From the NCBI GenBank assembly GCA_038208765.1, contig JBBQYK010000003.1, positions 1 to 41,358 of the forward strand: a DNA stretch of 41,358 nucleotides, written 5' to 3'. This stretch comes from Verrucomicrobiota bacterium. GTDB taxonomy: Bacteria; Verrucomicrobiota; Verrucomicrobiia; Limisphaerales; SIBH01. Below, piece by piece: positions 36,506 to 41,358 of this stretch; position 1 is the first letter of the stretch, and each line of letters begins with the position of its first letter. A program made the position numbers and the translations under genes. The notes beneath the pieces are model-generated. The model was given only the letters and a program-made list of their open reading frames with translations. It searched no databases and was not told the origin of the DNA.

Positions 36506-38179
36506 ATGTTGACGGAACTACAGTTAGGAAATTTTAAGGCGTTTGCCGAAACGCAGAGAATCCCGATTCGCCCGCTCACCCTGATCTTCGGGCCGAATAG
36601 CGGTGGCAAGTCGAGCATCCTCCACAGCCTCCTGCTCGGGTGCCACGCGATCAAGAGCGGCGAATTGGACGTGCATCAAACCGAGGTCGGCGGTGATGCC
36701 GTGGATTTGGGAGGCTTCCGCCAGTTTGTGCATCGCGGAGACTCAAACAGATGTGTGGAGTGGGGCATTACGCTTGAAACTGCTGGCCTGAGCAAAAAAT
36801 TCGCCGAAGCGTTTTCAGCATTCGAGCAGGTTTCTGTGAAGACTTCGTTTGGTGAATTGGTTGATAGCGAATCCAAACATGACGTGGGCGCACAGAAGTT
36901 TGTCATCGAAACGGACGACAAACATTTCCTTGAAATGGAGTCCGCGCATACTTCGAGTTTCTACAAACTTCATGAACTTCAAACGCCCATGTCAGCACGG
37001 GACTTCACCGCACCGGCGAAGTCGCACCCCGTCACTTTCTGGATTCATGGTGTCAACTTCCACCACCCCCTTGTTCAGAGAGTGCTTAAGGGCACATTCG
37101 CTGAATTCTCGGGCACAAATCTATCGACAAAGGATTTCAACTTGTTGGAGAAGAATTGGGAAGATGTCTGTCACTTGCCGACGTTCATTGAAGGACTAAT
37201 TCCCGAAGCCATAAACGCAAGATTACCGGATTTGAGTGTGCTTTTCCACCCGGTGTCCGCAGGGGGCAGCCGTAAGAAGATGATTGTCAGCGCCGCCCGT
37301 GGCATCATGCACCATTTCCTCGGGAATTTGTTTGAGGAAATGCACAAAGCTATTTCAGACCAACTTGGAAGGGTAATGTATTTAGGGCCGCTTCGCTCCT
37401 ATCCATCTAGGCGCTTGTTGTTTCCACTCGTGCAGACGAACTTCTCAGACGGCAGCTTCGCTTGGCAGGTCATCCGAGAGGAGCCGGCTGTCCGAGCGAA
37501 GATCAATCAGTGGCTGGGCGATGCGAATCGGCTGAACACCACTTTCGAACTGTTGGTTCGAGATTGGTTGGATAGCGATCAAGCTGCGGAGGTCGCAGTC
37601 AAAGCATTGCGTGGCGCAGGCAAACCGGCAGGCCCAAAGAGCCGCGAATTAGTTACGAAAGCGCTCGGCCGACTCGCAGCAAAAATGGGCGAAGGCGTCA
37701 TGGGCGAGGTGTTGCTGAAGGACAAGCGCACGAACACGATCGTTTCGCATCGGGACATTGGCGTTGGAATTTCCCAGGTTCTGCCCATCCTCGTTGCCGC
37801 CCATGCCACGAAGAATCACATCCACGCCATCGAACAGCCGGAACTTCATTTGCACCCGGCGCTTCAAGCAGAACTCGGCGATGTGTTCATCGAATCTGCC
37901 CTTGGTGAACGGAAGAACATCTTCCTGCTGGAAACGCACAGCGAGCACTTGTTGCTGCGGATTATGCGACGGATGCGCGAAACAGCTTCCGGCAAGTTGC
38001 CTAAATCGTGCCTGCCTGTGACGCCCGCAAACGTCGCGCTGCTTTACGTGCAACCGGATGGCGCTAGAAGCATTGTGCGTGAAATCCCGCTGAATGAGCG
38101 CGGCGAACTGCTTAAACGCTGGCCCGGAGGTTTCTTCGAGGAAAGTTTGCGCGAGGTGCTGCCTTCTTATGCTCAGTGA
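36506..38179 (+). CDS. ABC-type AAA ATPase (AAA_15/AAA_21) with C-terminal DUF3696-like tail; Menshen NsnB-like
   Basis: True start is probably ATG 36506 (MLTELQLGNFKAF). Walker A GPNSGGKS, YLGPLR, signature DIGVGISQVLP, Walker B/D-loop IEQPELHLHP, H-loop ETHSEH, and tail GELLKRWPGGFFEE. Confidence 0.85.
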   Translation: MLTELQLGNFKAFAETQRIPIRPLTLIFGPNSGGKSSILHSLLLGCHAIKSGELDVHQTEVGGDAVDLGGFRQFVHRGDSNRCVEWGITLETAGLSKKFAEAFSAFEQVSVKTSFGELVDSESKHDVGAQKFVIETDDKHFLEMESAHTSSFYKLHELQTPMSARDFTAPAKSHPVTFWIHGVNFHHPLVQRVLKGTFAEFSGTNLSTKDFNLLEKNWEDVCHLPTFIEGLIPEAINARLPDLSVLFHPVSAGGSRKKMIVSAARGIMHHFLGNLFEEMHKAISDQLGRVMYLGPLRSYPSRRLLFPLVQTNFSDGSFAWQVIREEPAVRAKINQWLGDANRLNTTFELLVRDWLDSDQAAEVAVKALRGAGKPAGPKSRELVTKALGRLAAKMGEGVMGEVLLKDKRTNTIVSHRDIGVGISQVLPILVAAHATKNHIHAIEQPELHLHPALQAELGDVFIESALGERKNIFLLETHSEHLLLRIMRRMRETASGKLPKSCLPVTPANVALLYVQPDGARSIVREIPLNERGELLKRWPGGFFEESLREVLPSYAQ

Positions 38180-39104
38180 AATCGCAATCATGCCAGAGGC
38201 GTTTCGGAACGATGGCAAACAGCCTCCGGCATCACGGGAGTTTGCGCTCTCGGTGCTCAAGGACTTCTTGCTCGATGCGGCCATTGTGCGCGATCTGTGC
38301 AACGGTGAGTGGACGAAGAAAATGTTCGAGCTTGGGGATCTTCCAACCAGAAAGTTACTCGAAGCATTGAAGGGAAGACTGCATCGGTTTCCCACGGCGC
38401 TGCCGAAGCTGGATCATGAAACGGACGCGGAGTGGTATTGGGAAGCACAAGCGTCCCACGAAAAATCACCGCTTGATGCAATCCTCGTTGCTGATCCTCA
38501 ATCCGCCGATTGGACGGGTGATAAAAAAATCCTCGATCTGATGTCCCTTCCAGCTTCCCGTCTCTGGCAGCAGCGGAATTCCTCAATTCGATTGAGGCGA
38601 CAAACAGATGACTACTTGAAGCTGCTAACGCCGGTGTTCAAGCGTGCAAACTACATCACATTCATTGACCCACACTTGGATGAAAGAGAGCGGGAAGCCC
38701 ACGCGCGTTCTACGTATCGAGAATTCTCAGTGCTCGTGCAACGGATTCCCACTCGCTCAGATGGAGTTGCCGTGCGCCTAGAAATACACATTTGCAAAGG
38801 GGGCGATGCGAGCCGGAGCGACTGGGAAGCGCGTGTGGGAAAATCGGCGCGCGCACTGTTGAAGGCCGGACAAACTGCGGACGTTTTTGTTTGGCCGCTG
38901 AAGTTCCATGATCGGTATCTCATCACCGACCTTCTCGCGCTCAATCTCCCGAATGGATTTGATACTGCCAAGGACGAGCACGAGAAGACGACATGGGCAC
39001 GCCTGACGAGGCACGATGCTGAAGACATCGAAAAAGATTTTGAGGCGAATGGCGCGTGCTTCGGTGTGCCTTGCGTTTTCCAAATTGGAGCCGTGAAACA
39101 ATGA
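38169..39104 (+). CDS. Hypothetical protein with C-terminal PLD-like (MIT_C-type) HDR domain; putative nuclease/effector
   Basis: ATG 38169 overlaps the ATPase stop (11 nt). 311 aa. ITFIDPHL and FHDRYLITD…NGFD motifs resemble the DPY…HDR…G.D pattern of MIT_C/PLD-like domains. Confidence 0.6.
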   Translation: MLSEIAIMPEAFRNDGKQPPASREFALSVLKDFLLDAAIVRDLCNGEWTKKMFELGDLPTRKLLEALKGRLHRFPTALPKLDHETDAEWYWEAQASHEKSPLDAILVADPQSADWTGDKKILDLMSLPASRLWQQRNSSIRLRRQTDDYLKLLTPVFKRANYITFIDPHLDEREREAHARSTYREFSVLVQRIPTRSDGVAVRLEIHICKGGDASRSDWEARVGKSARALLKAGQTADVFVWPLKFHDRYLITDLLALNLPNGFDTAKDEHEKTTWARLTRHDAEDIEKDFEANGACFGVPCVFQIGAVKQ

Positions 39105-39787
39105 ATCACCAAGTTCAACTCCGACTCGCTGCGAAAGCGAGGCGGTTGGCCCGCCTTAAGCAACCGGAGCTGGACAGGCAAAAGGCCGACTACGCGCAGC
39201 TACAGCGCCCTGACTTTTTGTGGCACTACCTGCTTCAAAGCTTTGCCACGATGGGGCGGGCTTCAGGGTGGCGCGGCCTGATCGGTAACAAATCCAACTA
39301 CGACAAACTCCGCTTTGATGTTCTCGCGGAGCTCACGCCAGCCGCGCGCAGCGGTCAGGTCGAAACAACCTGCCGAGCGGCCAAAATCCGAATGCCCGGC
39401 ATCAAAGCCGGATACATCCTCAAGTGCTTTGACCAGGTGCAAGAACTCGGCGGCTTGGAAGCGGCGAAGGCGAAGCTGCTGGCGCAAACAGGACGCGAAG
39501 CCAAGATCGCTTTCCTCAAATCCTTTCGCGGGATTGGCGACAAATATGCCCGCAACATCATGATGGACGTGTACCATCCTGACTTCCGAAACAGCATTGC
39601 GGTAGATGCACGAATCAAAACCCTATCGGAGAAGCTGGGGTTGAGCTTCGGAAGCTACAGAGAGCACGAGGAGTTTTACGTGTCCGTGGCCCGCGAGGCC
39701 GGACTCAATGGTTGGGAATTAGATCGGCTCATTTACAATTTTCAGGCCGAATTTCTGATACTCGCGCACGAATCTAAGGAAAAGTGA
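39101..39787 (+). CDS. HhH-GPD superfamily DNA glycosylase/AP-lyase-like protein (Ogg-like)
   Basis: ATGA overlap with the upstream stop at 39101-39104. 228 aa. HhH LKSFRGIGDKYARNIM with the Lys retained, IAVDARI Asp 21 residues later, and C-terminal ELDRLIY helix. No Fe-S cysteine cluster. Confidence 0.65.
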   Translation: MNHQVQLRLAAKARRLARLKQPELDRQKADYAQLQRPDFLWHYLLQSFATMGRASGWRGLIGNKSNYDKLRFDVLAELTPAARSGQVETTCRAAKIRMPGIKAGYILKCFDQVQELGGLEAAKAKLLAQTGREAKIAFLKSFRGIGDKYARNIMMDVYHPDFRNSIAVDARIKTLSEKLGLSFGSYREHEEFYVSVAREAGLNGWELDRLIYNFQAEFLILAHESKEK

Positions 39788-39824
39788 GGCGGTCGAATTG
39801 TGGTCGGCGGCGGGCCACCAGGCC

Positions 39825-39873
39825 TCACTTCGTGCCGAACACTTTCTGCAACAGTTCCGTGGTGCGCGCGGCG
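39825..39873 (-). repeat. Right att-like direct repeat (current 3' end of the DUF4197 gene)
   Basis: Matches 35461-35509. Identical 12-bp core GTGCGCGCGGCG at 39862-39873 and 35498-35509. Confidence 0.9.
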
Positions 39874-40577
39874 GGGTTCTTGCGGATGCGTTCCTCTTCC
39901 TCGGCGATCATCTTGAACAGGCCGTCACTGGCCTTCTGCGTCACGTATTTGTCCACGTCGAGTGAAGCGATATCGACGTTCAGCCGGCTGAGGTAGGAAC
40001 TCGCGCCACCGCCTTGCGCCAGCAGTTTCTTGTAAGCCGCCGTCACGCCGGCCCTCTCCGTGGCCTGCTTCACGATGGGTGCCATCTTTTCCTGAATCTG
40101 TTTCTCGCCCTTCGTCTTGAAGAACTGCGTCGCGAAATCATTCGTGCCGCTGACCAGCTTCTTCGCGTCCTCGATGGTCATGCTCTTGAGCGTGTCGGTG
40201 AAGATGGGCAGCGCCTCGGGCACGGCGGCTTCGGCAGCGCGGTTCAGGGTGGTCACGAACTCATCGGCGTATTGATCCTGCTTCATGGCGCGCAACGTCT
40301 TCTCCACGGTCTGCAATTTCTCCGGCATGGGAATCTTCACCTTCGGATTGGCGAGGAAGCCGTCGGGCTTGGCGAGATTGGTGATGGCGCTGGAGACGCC
40401 CTTACCGAGCGCCTGCTTCAAGGCTTCCGCGACTTGATCCTGCGAAAGACCGGCGAGCGAGGGCAGTGCGGCGGTGGTGACACTCGTGGAATTAGTTTTC
40501 GGTTTCAGAAAATCCAGTAGCGCGGCCTGCGTGGAACTGGCGAGAGCGAGAACAACGAGAAGCGCCATGAGTTTCAT
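39825..40577 (-). CDS. DUF4197 family exported protein
   Basis: Start ATG 40577 (MKLMALLVVLALASSTQA signal). ALKQALGKG…DGFLANPKVKIPMP, LNRAAEAA, DGLFKMIAEEEERIRKNPAARTTELLQKVF are typical of DUF4197. Confidence 0.9.
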   Translation of the reverse strand: MKLMALLVVLALASSTQAALLDFLKPKTNSTSVTTAALPSLAGLSQDQVAEALKQALGKGVSSAITNLAKPDGFLANPKVKIPMPEKLQTVEKTLRAMKQDQYADEFVTTLNRAAEAAVPEALPIFTDTLKSMTIEDAKKLVSGTNDFATQFFKTKGEKQIQEKMAPIVKQATERAGVTAAYKKLLAQGGGASSYLSRLNVDIASLDVDKYVTQKASDGLFKMIAEEEERIRKNPAARTTELLQKVFGTK

Positions 40578-40623
40578 GGGCGGACGGTAGCGAGAGCAAA
40601 GCGGAGAGTCAAAGTGAGCGCGG

Positions 40624-40720
40624 CGTCTTGGAGTGCGCCGGCAGAGCGGAGTGACGACGGCGCTTTTGAGCGGAAGAAGACGCCACGCCGTGGCCGCGTG
40701 CCGCTCTGCGCGGCACGACG
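40624..40720. repeat. Degenerate REP-like inverted pair (GGAGTGCG…CGCTTTT family)
   Basis: TTGGAGTGCGCCGGCAGAGCGGAGTGACGACGGCGCTTTT, then a partly complementary CGCCGTGGCCGCGTGCCGCTCTGCGCGGCAC. Shares its ends with 24824-24855. Confidence 0.55.
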
Positions 40721-40732
40721 CGTTCCACCACT

Positions 40733-41358
40733 TCAATTCACCGGCACGGAAAACTTCAGCGACAGCTTTTCCTCGCCCCGATAATTCCGCCCGCTGTAAC
40801 GCACGTCGATCTTCGTGCCGCTGTCGCGCACCTGCACGTAGCCGAAGCAGCCTTCGCCGGGCACCGGCTTGTACACACCCTGGCTGTACGGCCCGCCCTT
40901 GATGGATGCATCTTGATCCAGCGGCGCACCCGCCAGCACCGGGATGCGCGGGCCGCCGCCGGTCGTGTAATCGCTGTGCGTGCCGTCATCCGCTGCCAGG
41001 CTGTGCGCGTCGCCGTGCAGGATGACAAGGCCGGTGATCTTTTCGTCGCGAATGAAGTTCGCGATCTCCCGCCGCTCCTCCGCGAACGCACCCCAGAAAT
41101 CCGCGCTGCTGAAAAAGCTGCGACTCTGCTCCGCCAGCGCCGGGTCGCGCGCGAACTGCCACGCGTTCGTCTGATGAATGAACCCCGTGACGTGATCGCG
41201 AATGGGATAATAGTTCGCCCCCGCCGTGCCAATCCACGGCACCGAACTCACCCACACGATGAGCGGATACTGGCCCTTCGCCGCGCGCAGTTCGTTCTTG
41301 AACCACGCCTTCTGCGCTGCGCCGAGCATGGATTTTCCCGGGCCGTCCGGCTGTTCCA
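40733..41358 (-). CDS. Alkaline phosphatase D (PhoD-like) family metallophosphoesterase, C-terminal part; 5' end outside the window
   Basis: The frame is open to the window edge. SMLGAAQKAWFKNEL, VWVSSVPW, DFWGAFAEERREI and LHGDAH are PhoD-family motifs. Confidence 0.75.
   Translation of the reverse strand, partial: EQPDGPGKSMLGAAQKAWFKNELRAAKGQYPLIVWVSSVPWIGTAGANYYPIRDHVTGFIHQTNAWQFARDPALAEQSRSFFSSADFWGAFAEERREIANFIRDEKITGLVILHGDAHSLAADDGTHSDYTTGGGPRIPVLAGAPLDQDASIKGGPYSQGVYKPVPGEGCFGYVQVRDSGTKIDVRYSGRNYRGEEKLSLKFSVPVN

Larger units (their letters stand above)
35461..39873. mobile_element. Lower-GC genomic islet integrated in the DUF4197 gene 3' end (no integrase within)
   Basis: Flanked by 49-bp imperfect direct repeats. 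Hand-counted 60-nt samples give 45% GC (36901-36960) and 50% GC (35581-35640), against a visibly much higher-GC backbone. Cargo is a regulator plus a defence-like operon. Confidence 0.75.

Noticed and set aside
35461-39873. Calling the islet a prophage, IS or a canonical Menshen/PARIS/Septu system
   Set aside because: It has no phage, transposase or integrase genes, and no DUF262, TOPRIM/DUF4435 or HNH partner is recognisable.

Overview
A high-GC bacterial window, probably from Verrucomicrobiota (Pedosphaera/Limisphaerales-like). This taxonomy is inferred from the PVC-type heme protein, the giant secreted proteins and the style of the REP-like repeats. The left three quarters mostly encode large exported multidomain proteins. 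These are a CotH-kinase/lamin-tail protein; an ~18 kb minus-strand operon (AlgG-like beta-helix, ~4,630-aa PL6 lyase giant adhesin, cohesin-like/BACON protein); a tandem alpha/beta hydrolase; and a PA14/Ig protein. Four of them end in the same ~70-80-aa domain with an RF[YF][RK] terminal motif, a candidate export/sorting signal. Next come a PVC-type CxxCH dehydrogenase and a lipoprotein MsrB. The most striking feature is a ~4.4 kb lower-GC islet (35461-39873) inserted into the 3' end of a DUF4197 gene. It is bounded by a 49-bp imperfect direct repeat that re-encodes that gene's last 15 residues with mostly synonymous differences. The islet has no integrase. It carries a LysR regulator opposite a coupled three-gene operon: a DUF3696/AAA ATPase (Menshen NsnB-like), a PLD-like HDR protein and a HhH-GPD DNA-glycosylase-like protein. 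This is a candidate undescribed anti-phage system. All family assignments come from motif recognition by eye; no searches were run.
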